Shown: positions 43,277-52,553, numbered from the stretch's first letter. The stretch is DNA of 52,553 nt from an uncultured bacterium (GCA_965660855.1 CBFIBM010000010.1:15132-67684), one strand, 5' to 3'. Translations and numbers: made by a program. Notes: a model not told the origin generated them from the letters alone.

Positions 43277-45128
43277 ATTACTATTATTTTATTTTATTTC
43301 CTCAACGATCTTAATATGCCAAGTCCAACTACCATTTAGAGGCACTCTTAGAACTGCTAAAATGCTTGAAAGACAGGGTGATATAAACAACGCAATTGCA
43401 ATATACAAAGGGATACTTGAAAAAAAACCAGACCACTATCAAGCTATAATTAATTTAAAAAACCTTTACAAAAACAATCAATTATATGATCAAGGGATTT
43501 CTTTTTTAACAAGTCAAATCCATAGAGACTCTATGAATATTTCTTACAGCTTAGACCTTGTTGAGCTATATTTTTTGAATGATGAAATTAAAAAATCCAA
43601 TATAGAATGGTCTTCTGGTTTAAAAAGGTATAAAAAAAACAGGTCTTATTATCGGCTTTTAAACAATATTTTTATAAAATATGATTTAAAAGAAAATATT
43701 GATATGTTATTAAAAAATGGAAGGGCTCAATTTGGAAATTCCTTTTTAGCATTTGATATTGGTGTCTACTACCAGTCAAAAAGTAATTATATATCAGCAA
43801 TGAATGAGTTCAGTTTAGATTTATTAAATAATAAAAATAATTACAATAGAATTGGCAAGCGAATTCTAATGATGAGTGATAAAAAGGGCTCTCATACAAT
43901 TATTGAATCTGAATTGTTAAAAATTCTACCTAAAAATCCTAACCTCATATCAAATATACTATGTGATTTTTACTTCAAATTGCAAAGATTTGAAAATTCT
44001 TATAATATTAAAAAAACATATACTACCGAAAATATTAATGAACTAAATAGCTGGATAAAGTTTGCTTCAAACCTAAATAAAGAAAGACAATTTAAATATG
44101 CATCCAAAGCATATAATTATGTAATAAGAAAAAATTTAAATACTAAAATAACTGAAACCGCTTTACTGGGTCTTGCTAAAACACTTGAGAGCCAAATTTT
44201 ACCAGAAATGGATGAATCTTTAATTGAATATTCTTTTAATCATAATATTTTTTTCAAAGACCCTTTTCAGTCAAAGAATTATTTATCTTTAGATTACTTA
44301 GCTTCAAGCTTAACGCTTTATGACTCTTTAATTATATCGATAAAAGATCAAAACATTTTATCAGAGGTCTGTTATAGATTAGGAGAAGTTCAGTTTAAAA
44401 TTTTACATAATTTTGATACTGCACTACTATATTTTGAAAAGGCTATGAAAGCCAACCCCAATAAATTATTAAAACAAATGATAATTCTCCGAATTGTTGA
44501 TATATATATTGCAAAAGGAAATCCAGAAAGGGGTAAGGTTTTTCTTTTACTCAACAAAAGAGATCTAACAAGAAATCAAATTAAAGAAAAATCTATCTTA
44601 TGTGATATGTTTACAAAAAGTATTTCTGAAATAATTTTAGATATTGACTCACTTATTTCTGAAATTGATCTTGAGGACACATTTTTTAATGACCTTATGG
44701 AGTTAAAAGTATTTTTAAATAAACATAACTCCCAAGACGATCACAATAAAATAGCATTAAAATATTTTATAAAATCTGAATTTTATAAAAAGCAAAAAAA
44801 GGTAGGAGATGCAATAAATGAATTAGTTTATTTGATAAAGAACTATCCGGAATCAAAAATAGTTTCATTAGCAATATTGCGATTGAGTTTGTTCCATCAT
44901 AAAGAAGGAGAATATAAAGAATCCTTAAAGTATTCTTCCCTCTTAAAAAATACTGAATTTGAAGATCAAGGAATTATATTATCAGGTCAAATATTTCAAT
45001 ATAATCTAATTGAACCAGATAAAGCATTAAGTAATTATATGAGAATTATCAATGAATTTCCACAGTCAATATTTTTTGAACCAATACGGTTTCATGTACG
45101 TGAAATGAGGAAAGAAAAAAATATATAA
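43266..45128 (+). CDS. Exported tetratricopeptide-repeat protein
   Basis: GTG start, signal peptide, repeated TPR helices (AIAIYKGILEKKPD, LIKNYPES, YMRIINEFPQSIF). Confidence 0.8.
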   Translation: MKNRLLLFYFISSTILICQVQLPFRGTLRTAKMLERQGDINNAIAIYKGILEKKPDHYQAIINLKNLYKNNQLYDQGISFLTSQIHRDSMNISYSLDLVELYFLNDEIKKSNIEWSSGLKRYKKNRSYYRLLNNIFIKYDLKENIDMLLKNGRAQFGNSFLAFDIGVYYQSKSNYISAMNEFSLDLLNNKNNYNRIGKRILMMSDKKGSHTIIESELLKILPKNPNLISNILCDFYFKLQRFENSYNIKKTYTTENINELNSWIKFASNLNKERQFKYASKAYNYVIRKNLNTKITETALLGLAKTLESQILPEMDESLIEYSFNHNIFFKDPFQSKNYLSLDYLASSLTLYDSLIISIKDQNILSEVCYRLGEVQFKILHNFDTALLYFEKAMKANPNKLLKQMIILRIVDIYIAKGNPERGKVFLLLNKRDLTRNQIKEKSILCDMFTKSISEIILDIDSLISEIDLEDTFFNDLMELKVFLNKHNSQDDHNKIALKYFIKSEFYKKQKKVGDAINELVYLIKNYPESKIVSLAILRLSLFHHKEGEYKESLKYSSLLKNTEFEDQGIILSGQIFQYNLIEPDKALSNYMRIINEFPQSIFFEPIRFHVREMRKEKNI

Positions 45129-45132
45129 AAAA

Positions 45133-46380
45133 ATGAAAAATATTATTTTATTATTTGTGATCAGTATTGTTTACTCACAAAAACTGATTATACCAATGGA
45201 TCAGTCTCAAAACAATCATCTAAAAGCGTATGGTGTTGTATATTCAGTTTTAAATAATAATATAAATGTTGAATGGCTCTTGAATTATAAAGGTGGCTCA
45301 TTTCTTGTGGATTCTTACCCTTTTATTAAGGATGATTGTAAAATAAAAGGAGTAACATATAACTTTATTAGTTCTTCACAGGTTTTAGAAATTTATTCAA
45401 TAATTGATCAAAATAATATGGATATTACATTACTTGAAAAAAAACCTAATATAGCTATTTATACTCCTCCAAATAAACAACCATGGGATGATGCTGTTAC
45501 TCTCGCTTTAACATATGCAGAAGTTGAATATGAAACTCTTTGGGACGAGGAAGTTCACCTTGGAAAGCTAGAAGAGTATGACTGGCTTCATCTTCACCAT
45601 GAAGATTTTACTGGTCAATATGGAAAATTCTATAGGAGTCATAGAAATTCTAAATGGTATATAGAACAAAAAAACCAATTTGAAAAATTAGCATCTAAAT
45701 TAGGATATCCTAGTGTGCATGAACAGAAAAAAGCAGTTGCACAAAAAATAAAAAATTATGTTTCCCAAGGTGGATTTTTATTTGCAATGTGTTCTGCTAC
45801 GGATTCTTATGATATCGCGTTATCCATGGGAAATTTAGATGGAGTACATTCTGTTTTTGACGGTACCAAAATTGATCAAAACATCCAAAAGAAATTAGAT
45901 TATTCGAAAACATTTGCATTCACAGATTTTAAATTGATAACCGACCCGATGATTTATGAGTTTTCTGACATTGATTATCCACCAAGTAATAATCCTATTA
46001 CAAGAGGAGCAAAAGCTGATTATTTCACATTATTTGAATTCTCTGCTAAACACGATCCTGTTCCTACTATGCTGACTCAAAATCATGTTTCTATAATAAG
46101 AGGTTTTATGGGGCAAACAACTGGGTTTGATAAAGAAAAAATAAAGAGTCATATTGTTATAATGGGAAACGATCCTTCTTCAAATCAAGTAAAATATTTA
46201 CATGGAAATTTTGGTAATGGAACCTTTACATACTATGGAGGTCATGATCCTGAAGACTATCAACACTTTGTTGGTGACCCAACAACCGATTTATCCCTTC
46301 ACAGAAACTCTCCTGGCTATAGAATAATACTAAATAATATATTATTTCCTGCAGCTAGAAAAAAAGAACGAAAAACTTAA
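45133..46380 (+). CDS. Exported class I glutamine amidotransferase-like protein (family often labelled 'asparagine synthetase B' in Bacteroidota)
   Basis: Signal peptide, IPMD..Q.NHLKAYG, WLLNYKGGSF, PWDDAVT, WLHLHHEDFTGQYGKF, GGFLFAMCSATD, GGHDPEDY. No Ntn Cys1 or AsnB synthetase domain. Confidence 0.75.
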   Translation: MKNIILLFVISIVYSQKLIIPMDQSQNNHLKAYGVVYSVLNNNINVEWLLNYKGGSFLVDSYPFIKDDCKIKGVTYNFISSSQVLEIYSIIDQNNMDITLLEKKPNIAIYTPPNKQPWDDAVTLALTYAEVEYETLWDEEVHLGKLEEYDWLHLHHEDFTGQYGKFYRSHRNSKWYIEQKNQFEKLASKLGYPSVHEQKKAVAQKIKNYVSQGGFLFAMCSATDSYDIALSMGNLDGVHSVFDGTKIDQNIQKKLDYSKTFAFTDFKLITDPMIYEFSDIDYPPSNNPITRGAKADYFTLFEFSAKHDPVPTMLTQNHVSIIRGFMGQTTGFDKEKIKSHIVIMGNDPSSNQVKYLHGNFGNGTFTYYGGHDPEDYQHFVGDPTTDLSLHRNSPGYRIILNNILFPAARKKERKT

Positions 46381-46419
46381 AAAATACTACCAAAAGATTG
46401 CTTTAAATGAAATTAATTT

Positions 46420-47214
46420 TTAGACGCTAACTTTTTTTTTATTTTTTTGATTTTCCCAAATTTTTTCCATCTCCTCCAAAGAAGTTTCCTCTATTTTTTT
46501 TCCTTTACTTTTTAATACTTTTTCAATTCCTTTAAATCGATTTTCAAATTTTTTATTTGCTTTTCTTAGCATATCTTCTGCTGGGAATTTTAGCTTACGT
46601 GAAATATTAACAATTGAAAATAATACATCTCCTATCTCTTCTTGTATATTTTTAATATCTTGATTTTCAATAGCATCTTTAAGCTCCTCGATTTCTTCAT
46701 CCATTTTTTCCCAAGCATCATCTACTTTTTCCCAATCAAAACCTGTAACGGAAGCTTTCTCTTGTAATCGCTGTGCTCTTATCAAGGCAGGTAAAGATAA
46801 TGGAACTCCATCTAATCTAGATTTTCTTTTTTTTTCTTCATGCTTTATTTCTTCCCAATTTCGTTTAACATTGATTCCATCTTCATAATTACCATCTGCA
46901 AAAACGTGAGGGTGTCTATTTATTAACTTTTTGTTTAATACATTTAAGGATTCAGAAATATTGAATTTTTTGTCTTCTTCAGCAATCTGACTTTGGAGGA
47001 CTACATGAAGTAAAATATCTCCTAACTCTTCTTTTAAATTTTCCCAATTTTTATTATCAATACTTTCTATTACTTCATATGCTTCCTCCAAAAAATATGG
47101 CAATAAGGTTTCATGAGTCTGTTTTTTATCCCATGGACAACCACCTGGCCCCCTTAGTTGCTCAACAATTTTTAATAACTTTGAAAAATGTTCTGATGCT
47201 TCTTTTTTATCCAT
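46420..47214 (-). CDS. mazG: Nucleoside triphosphate pyrophosphohydrolase MazG
   Basis: GCPWDKKQT, EEAYE, EELGD, RHPHVF, GFDW, EEIGDVLF. Confidence 0.95.
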   Translation of the reverse strand: MDKKEASEHFSKLLKIVEQLRGPGGCPWDKKQTHETLLPYFLEEAYEVIESIDNKNWENLKEELGDILLHVVLQSQIAEEDKKFNISESLNVLNKKLINRHPHVFADGNYEDGINVKRNWEEIKHEEKKRKSRLDGVPLSLPALIRAQRLQEKASVTGFDWEKVDDAWEKMDEEIEELKDAIENQDIKNIQEEIGDVLFSIVNISRKLKFPAEDMLRKANKKFENRFKGIEKVLKSKGKKIEETSLEEMEKIWENQKNKKKVSV

Positions 47215-47658
47215 TTATTCCTCAAAAATTTTATGAAAATCAAAATTAGTCAAATATTTATTTTCCAAAGCTGTCATTCTATTTCTATTCATTTTAGTAT
47301 CATCGTCAAAACCTAATAAGTGTAGGCATCCATGAATGATTAGTCTAGAAACTTCTTTTGTGAATGGTTCTTTATAAGTTTTAGAGTTTTCTTCTGCTCG
47401 AGGTAAGCTTATATATAATTCTCCTTCTACTTTTAGAAGATTATAATCATTTAGGCGAAAAGCTATTACATCTGTTAATTGATTTTTATTAAAAAATTTA
47501 TTTTTTAATTCTGAAAGCAGTTGATCTTTACCAAAAATTATTGAAATATCACAATCCGATATTTCTTTTTCTTTGAGAGTTTTTATTATTATTTCTTTTA
47601 CATATTTTTTTTTAGGAGCCTTTAGTGATGGGTCACAGTCAACTGAAATACGTAACAT
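47215..47658 (-). CDS. ybeY: rRNA maturation endoribonuclease YbeY
   Basis: TDVIAF, GELYIS, IHGCLHLLGFDD, M..LE. Confidence 0.88.
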   Translation of the reverse strand: MLRISVDCDPSLKAPKKKYVKEIIIKTLKEKEISDCDISIIFGKDQLLSELKNKFFNKNQLTDVIAFRLNDYNLLKVEGELYISLPRAEENSKTYKEPFTKEVSRLIIHGCLHLLGFDDDTKMNRNRMTALENKYLTNFDFHKIFEE

Positions 47659-49973
47659 TAAATCTTACTTTTAGGCTCATCTGGATATTCAACTCTTATA
47701 TGGTAAATACCCCTTAGTACTGGTAACATACCGGTAGTTCCATCAACTGTGCCCTTAATTTTATTTAATTCACTTAAAGTTAAAGGACATTCATCTAGTT
47801 GACCATCTTCAATCCTCTGATTAATAATTTTATTAATCATTGTTTCAATTTTAAAAATGTCCGGATTTTTAATCGATCTAACTGCTGCTTCAACAGCTTC
47901 ACAAATCATTAAAATTCCAGTTTCTTTTGTATTAGGTTTTGGACCTGGATACCTAAAAGAAGATTCTTCAACCTTACTACCATTTTCTTCAGCATCTTTT
48001 AAAGCCATTCTATAAAAATATTCAACTCGTGTGGTACCATGGTGCATCGGAATAAAATCTGAGACAATTTTTGGTAAACCATACTGATTTGCAAGTTTAA
48101 GTCCTGAATTTACATGAGCTCTAATTATCTTTGCGCTCATCGTGTTAGTAATTTTGTCGTGTTTATTATCACCACTAAACTGATTTTCAATAAAATATTC
48201 TGACTTTTCCATTTTACCTATATCATGATAATAAGCTCCTACTCTACATAATAATGAATGTGCGCCAATAGAGTTAGCGCATGCTTCTGCTAAATTACCT
48301 ACTACAATACTATGATTAAAAGTTCCATTGGTTTCTTGCTGTGCTCTTTTTAATAATGGGTGATCATAATCAAGTAATTCAATTAATGTAAGATTAGTTG
48401 TTACTTCAAATAATAGTTCAAAAACACCTATTAACCCATAGGTTAATATTGGAGCAAGAATACTATTTATAGCTAAAAATTGTACATCTCTTAATATTAT
48501 TTCCCATGAGTTCCCCTTAAAAAGGCCAAGACCAATAATTACAAAAATACTTGCGGCAATTAAAGCAAACATTGTTGTAAATAATTGGCTTCGTTTCCTA
48601 AGGTCTCTAATATTGTATACTGCTATCGTTGCAGTAAAAAGTGAAACAATGACTAAGTCAATGTTTTGACCTACCATAAGGCCAATCATAATTGCAAGTG
48701 AAGTTGTTGCCATAAATCCAATCCTAGAATCAAATAAAATTGTGAGCGACATGGCTCCAACTGTAACAGGAATTAAAAATTCTGACCATCCTAATTGTAT
48801 TACAACAATATTAGCTAATAGAATTTGTAATAGGAAGATTAATGAAATCAATAAAACCATTTTCCAATCATGAAATATTGAAACTCGATAAACTACCAAG
48901 AAAGCAAAAAACAAAGAAATAATTACGGATAGAAGAATTAATCTTCCCAAAAAACTACCAAATAATTTGTAAAAGCCAGACCGTTCCTGCTGTAAAGATA
49001 CAGCATAAGATAATGAATTTAGTTTAGATAATACCTCTTCTGTTATACGCATGTTTGCATCTACTATTAGTTCATTTTCAAGAACAACACCATGACTTCG
49101 AGGAACCTTAGAGATACTTTCCTTTTGTCTTTTTTCCGTTAAATCTAAATCATATAGAAGATTTGGTTTCATAAACTCAACAATAATATCATATCCCAAC
49201 TCTCTAAAAATATCGTCTTCTCTAGTACTTTTTAATAATTCTTTTTTTGCTTTTATCCATGCTTCCTCTAGGTCGTTAAAATCATTTGGCCTAGCTAAAT
49301 CAGGTAATTCTCCTTGATTAATTGTTACCTCTGTACTAAAAATCTCTCCAATTTTTATATCATATATACCCTCAGACCAACGATTTCTACATATCTTTAT
49401 TACTAAATCTTTATCTTTTTTAATACTTCCATTAATCTTTCCATTATCATTTAACTCAGTATATATGTTCCAATTCTTTTTGCCTAAAACAAAAGGATAA
49501 TTACGTTTAAAATTGGAATTTAGAATTGAATAATTTGTACTATCTGTTATAAACTCTGATTTTGCTTTTTCGTATTGCTTATGATATCTTCTTTCATAAA
49601 CTAATCTCTTTGATTCTTCTAATCTATTAGTTGAAGACCTTAACTTTTCAATATCTATAAAAAAATTATTAATAGCAAGAATTTGATCATCTACTCTTTT
49701 AATATTTCTATTAAAAACAAATGGAATAGATTTTTTCTTTTCCTCAAGATCTAATTCTAATTTTTCTTCTGATTTTAAAATAGGATATGTAAATGGAGCA
49801 ATAATTGGATTTCTTGTTACATCATTTATTTGGAAAGCGTACTTTAAAGTTTTGCCTTTAGGAAATAAAAAAGCAATTATAAAAATTAATAGAAAAATAA
49901 TACTATATTGAATCCAATATTTATCTAACAAAAGATATTTATTAAAAATCTGTTTAAATTTTTCAGAGGGCAT
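47658..49973 (-). CDS. 7TM-HD (HDIG) phosphohydrolase, PgpH-like
   Basis: N-terminal TM, large extracytoplasmic domain, 7TM bundle, GTFNHS, YYHDIGK, FIENQ, HHGTT, FRYPGPKP. Adjacent to ybeY. Confidence 0.88.
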   Translation of the reverse strand: MPSEKFKQIFNKYLLLDKYWIQYSIIFLLIFIIAFLFPKGKTLKYAFQINDVTRNPIIAPFTYPILKSEEKLELDLEEKKKSIPFVFNRNIKRVDDQILAINNFFIDIEKLRSSTNRLEESKRLVYERRYHKQYEKAKSEFITDSTNYSILNSNFKRNYPFVLGKKNWNIYTELNDNGKINGSIKKDKDLVIKICRNRWSEGIYDIKIGEIFSTEVTINQGELPDLARPNDFNDLEEAWIKAKKELLKSTREDDIFRELGYDIIVEFMKPNLLYDLDLTEKRQKESISKVPRSHGVVLENELIVDANMRITEEVLSKLNSLSYAVSLQQERSGFYKLFGSFLGRLILLSVIISLFFAFLVVYRVSIFHDWKMVLLISLIFLLQILLANIVVIQLGWSEFLIPVTVGAMSLTILFDSRIGFMATTSLAIMIGLMVGQNIDLVIVSLFTATIAVYNIRDLRKRSQLFTTMFALIAASIFVIIGLGLFKGNSWEIILRDVQFLAINSILAPILTYGLIGVFELLFEVTTNLTLIELLDYDHPLLKRAQQETNGTFNHSIVVGNLAEACANSIGAHSLLCRVGAYYHDIGKMEKSEYFIENQFSGDNKHDKITNTMSAKIIRAHVNSGLKLANQYGLPKIVSDFIPMHHGTTRVEYFYRMALKDAEENGSKVEESSFRYPGPKPNTKETGILMICEAVEAAVRSIKNPDIFKIETMINKIINQRIEDGQLDECPLTLSELNKIKGTVDGTTGMLPVLRGIYHIRVEYPDEPKSKI

Positions 49974-49977
49974 TATT

Positions 49978-51129
49978 TTAATAAGCTTCTTTAATTATTT
50001 CTCTAGAAATAATCAGTCTTTGTATTTCACTTGTCCCTTCACCAATCTCAAGAATTTTTGCATCCCTAAAGTACCTTTCCACATCATAATCTTTTACATA
50101 GCCATAACCACCATGTACTTGAATTGCATCTGTGGCCACTTGCATCGCTGTTTCACTTGCAAATAATTTAGCCATCGCTGCTTCTTTTGTAATATCTAAA
50201 TTATTATCCTTCATCCAAGAAGCATTATAAACCAATAATTTTGCAGCCTCAATTTTTGTTGCCATATCAGCTAACATAAATCCAATAGATTGGAACTTAC
50301 TAATTTGCTTTCCAAATGCCTCTCTTTCTAAAGAGTATGATACTGCTTTTTCATAAGCACCTAATGCAGTTCCAACTGATAATGCTCCAATTGAAACTCT
50401 CCCAGATGTTAATGTCTTCATAAAAGTTTTAAATCCATCAGATGGAGTACCCAACATTGAGCTTTTAGGAATGACCATATCTTTGAAAAAGAGTTGCCTT
50501 GTATCACTGGCTCTCCATCCCATTTTTTTTTCTTTCTCACCAATCTCTAGTCCCGGAGTTTCCGTTGGAATAATAAATGCTGCTATACCTTTATTCTCAC
50601 CATTTATTATCACTTGAGAAGTAAACGAAAGGACTCTTGCTTCACCAGCATTTGTGATGAATATTTTCCCTCCATTTACAATATATTCATCACCTTTAAG
50701 TACTGCTTTAGTTTTTGTAGCACCCGCATCACTACCAGCTTGAGGCTCTGTTAACCCAAAAGCTCCTAGTGTTTCACCAGATGCTAACCCTGGTAAATAT
50801 TGCTCTCTTTGTCTCTTATCACCAAATAACAATACAGGTAAAGTTCCGAGTGACGTGTGTGCAGCCATTGTGATCGCTACAGATGCATCTGCACGAGCAA
50901 GCTCGATTATCGCCGTTACAAATGAAACCATATCTAGGCCTGCACCACCATATTTTTCAGGGACATTAATACCCATGATCCCCAGTTGACCCATTTTTTT
51001 AACTAACCCTTTTGGGAATGCTTCTGTTTCATCTAGCTTTTTTGCAACTGGAATGATTTCATTCTTTGCAAAATCTCTACACATATCTTGAATCATGTAA
51101 TGATCTTTATTGAAAAATAATTTATTCAT
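49978..51129 (-). CDS. Acyl-CoA dehydrogenase (short/branched-chain type)
   Basis: FGLTEPQAGSDA, NGGKIFITN, KMGWRASDT, REAFGK, QVHGGYGY, IGEGTSEIQR. Confidence 0.93.
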   Translation of the reverse strand: MNKLFFNKDHYMIQDMCRDFAKNEIIPVAKKLDETEAFPKGLVKKMGQLGIMGINVPEKYGGAGLDMVSFVTAIIELARADASVAITMAAHTSLGTLPVLLFGDKRQREQYLPGLASGETLGAFGLTEPQAGSDAGATKTKAVLKGDEYIVNGGKIFITNAGEARVLSFTSQVIINGENKGIAAFIIPTETPGLEIGEKEKKMGWRASDTRQLFFKDMVIPKSSMLGTPSDGFKTFMKTLTSGRVSIGALSVGTALGAYEKAVSYSLEREAFGKQISKFQSIGFMLADMATKIEAAKLLVYNASWMKDNNLDITKEAAMAKLFASETAMQVATDAIQVHGGYGYVKDYDVERYFRDAKILEIGEGTSEIQRLIISREIIKEAY

Positions 51130-51188
51130 AGGTTATCTTAATATTTGTGATTCACTGTAAAAGTAAGAGATAAATTTACATTAAAGTG

Positions 51189-52553
51189 TTAATTATTAGA
51201 TAGCCTAATTGCCTGGGCATTGAATTGAATTGTTTTTCGTCCTCTCCATAAATTTATTTCTGGACAGCCTGCAATATCAATTAATTCTCCTAAAATTAAA
51301 TTTTTATACTCATTAGATTTTCCAAATGCTACAACATCCATCATTTTATTATTTTTTTTAACTTTAAAACGTAATATTGAACCTTTACCAATTATGATTG
51401 GATTACCTATAATATTTAATTTTTTTATTAAAAATCTTGGCTTTGGATTAGAAGGACCAAAAGGAGATAAATATTTTATACTCTTAATGAACTCATAATT
51501 TATTTCATTTAATTGTAGTTTTCCATCTAAAACAAAATTTTCTTCTAATATTATTAATTTTGTTTTGGATAAATATTTATAAATAGAATCTTTAAACTTT
51601 GCATACTTTTCTTTTTTTAATGTAAAACCTACAGCATAAGAATGACCTCCAAAAGTTTCAAAAAATTTTGTGAATTGAGATAAAAATTTATAAATATTTA
51701 CACCCTTAAAACTTCTGACAGACCCATTTCCATTTCCCTTTTCATCAAAAGTAATAATTATTGAAGGTAAATTAAATTTATTTCTTACATTTGTAGCGAC
51801 AATTCCAATAATACCAGGGTGCCAACTATCTTTTTTTAATATAATCAATTTCTTACTTATATCATCAGAGGAAACCATTTCAATAGCCTCTTGAATTGAA
51901 TTACTTTGAATGCTTTGTCTTTTTTTATTAATCCAAATCAATCTTTTGGTAATTGTTTCTAAATAAGGTGAATTTTCCGTAGTTAAAAAATCAATTACAA
52001 TATTTGCATCTTCAATTCTACCGGCGGCATTCAAAAATGGAGCAATTTTATAATTGAAATTTGATAGATTCATTTTATCTAAATTATCATATTTTATTAA
52101 TTTTGATAACAACTTGAGTCCTGGTCGACTTTTTGCCCTTATTCTTTCAAAACCATATTTTACCAATAATCGGTTTTCACCAATTAGGGGAACTTGATCA
52201 GCCGCTGTTCCAATCGCTGCAATATCTATTATTTCCTCTATCGACTCATATGAATCATTTAGTTTTATATTTATGCCAGCAACTAGCTTGAATGCTACCC
52301 CGCTACCACTTAACTCTTTAAAAGGATAAATGCACCCCTCTTGATTTGGATTTAAAATTGAAAAAGCTGGTGGTAATATTTCCCCTGGAGTATGATGGTC
52401 TGTTATAATACAATCTAAGCCATGCCTGTTTGTTTCTTTAATTGTACCTAATTCACTAATACCGAAGTCACATGTAATGTAGAGGTTGACACCTTTTTTT
52501 ATAGATTTAATTAAAAACTCTTTTGGTATACCATGACCTTCAATTCGTCTATG
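51189..52553 (-). CDS. recJ: ssDNA exonuclease RecJ (5' end beyond window)
   Basis: The frame stays open to the window end and reads R..EGHG, ITCDFG, ITDHH, YPFKELSGSGVAFKL, IGTAADQVPLIGENR, NAAGR, GGH, PFGPSNPKP. Confidence 0.92.
   Translation of the reverse strand, partial: HRRIEGHGIPKEFLIKSIKKGVNLYITCDFGISELGTIKETNRHGLDCIITDHHTPGEILPPAFSILNPNQEGCIYPFKELSGSGVAFKLVAGINIKLNDSYESIEEIIDIAAIGTAADQVPLIGENRLLVKYGFERIRAKSRPGLKLLSKLIKYDNLDKMNLSNFNYKIAPFLNAAGRIEDANIVIDFLTTENSPYLETITKRLIWINKKRQSIQSNSIQEAIEMVSSDDISKKLIILKKDSWHPGIIGIVATNVRNKFNLPSIIITFDEKGNGNGSVRSFKGVNIYKFLSQFTKFFETFGGHSYAVGFTLKKEKYAKFKDSIYKYLSKTKLIILEENFVLDGKLQLNEINYEFIKSIKYLSPFGPSNPKPRFLIKKLNIIGNPIIIGKGSILRFKVKKNNKMMDVVAFGKSNEYKNLILGELIDIAGCPEINLWRGRKTIQFNAQAIRLSNN

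Noticed and set aside
46420..47214. mazG as an anti-phage or toxin-antitoxin component
   Set aside because: It is a two-domain housekeeping-type MazG with no mazEF or defence genes adjacent.
51156..51180. TGTAAA-N13-TTTACA inverted repeat upstream of the acyl-CoA dehydrogenase as an operator
   Set aside because: The arms are only 6 bp and AT-rich, there is no regulator nearby and I found no second copy.
51189..52166. RecJ apparently truncated to 325 aa (pseudogene)
   Set aside because: The frame continues without stops to the window end and includes the DHH motif. The short call is a window-edge artefact.

Overview
A gene-dense, AT-rich (roughly 30% GC by eye) chromosomal segment of a diderm bacterium. 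Gene content and protein style suggest the FCB group, probably Ca. Marinimicrobia (SAR406), but this is an inference. Most genes are on the minus strand and are housekeeping. They include the LPS/Kdo cluster (kdsB-pyrG-kdsA-kdsC-lptC-lptB-rpoN-hflK-hflC), a TolC/MacAB-type exporter, cca, recG, valS, rlmD, glmM, rpsU, rsmA, tatD, metG, holB, envC, mazG, ybeY, a PgpH-like HD protein, an acyl-CoA dehydrogenase and partial recJ. I saw no rRNA, tRNA, CRISPR array, integrase or transposase. The best candidates for undescribed biology are five. (1) A tightly coupled + strand operon of four exported or membrane proteins of unknown function (DUF4159, DUF4175-like coiled-coil, TPR, GATase-like Cys hydrolase). 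(2) A divergent gene that appears to fuse a beta-barrel, BamD-like TPRs and a BamE-like domain. (3) A DUF2723 (TMEM260-like GT-C) plus GT2 locus that suggests protein O-glycosylation; the GT2 seems to need a non-canonical ATT start. (4) An rpsU with a near-perfect extended Shine-Dalgarno and a poly-Arg tail. (5) Loss or change of metal ligands in several core enzymes. Family assignments come from motif recognition, not database searches.
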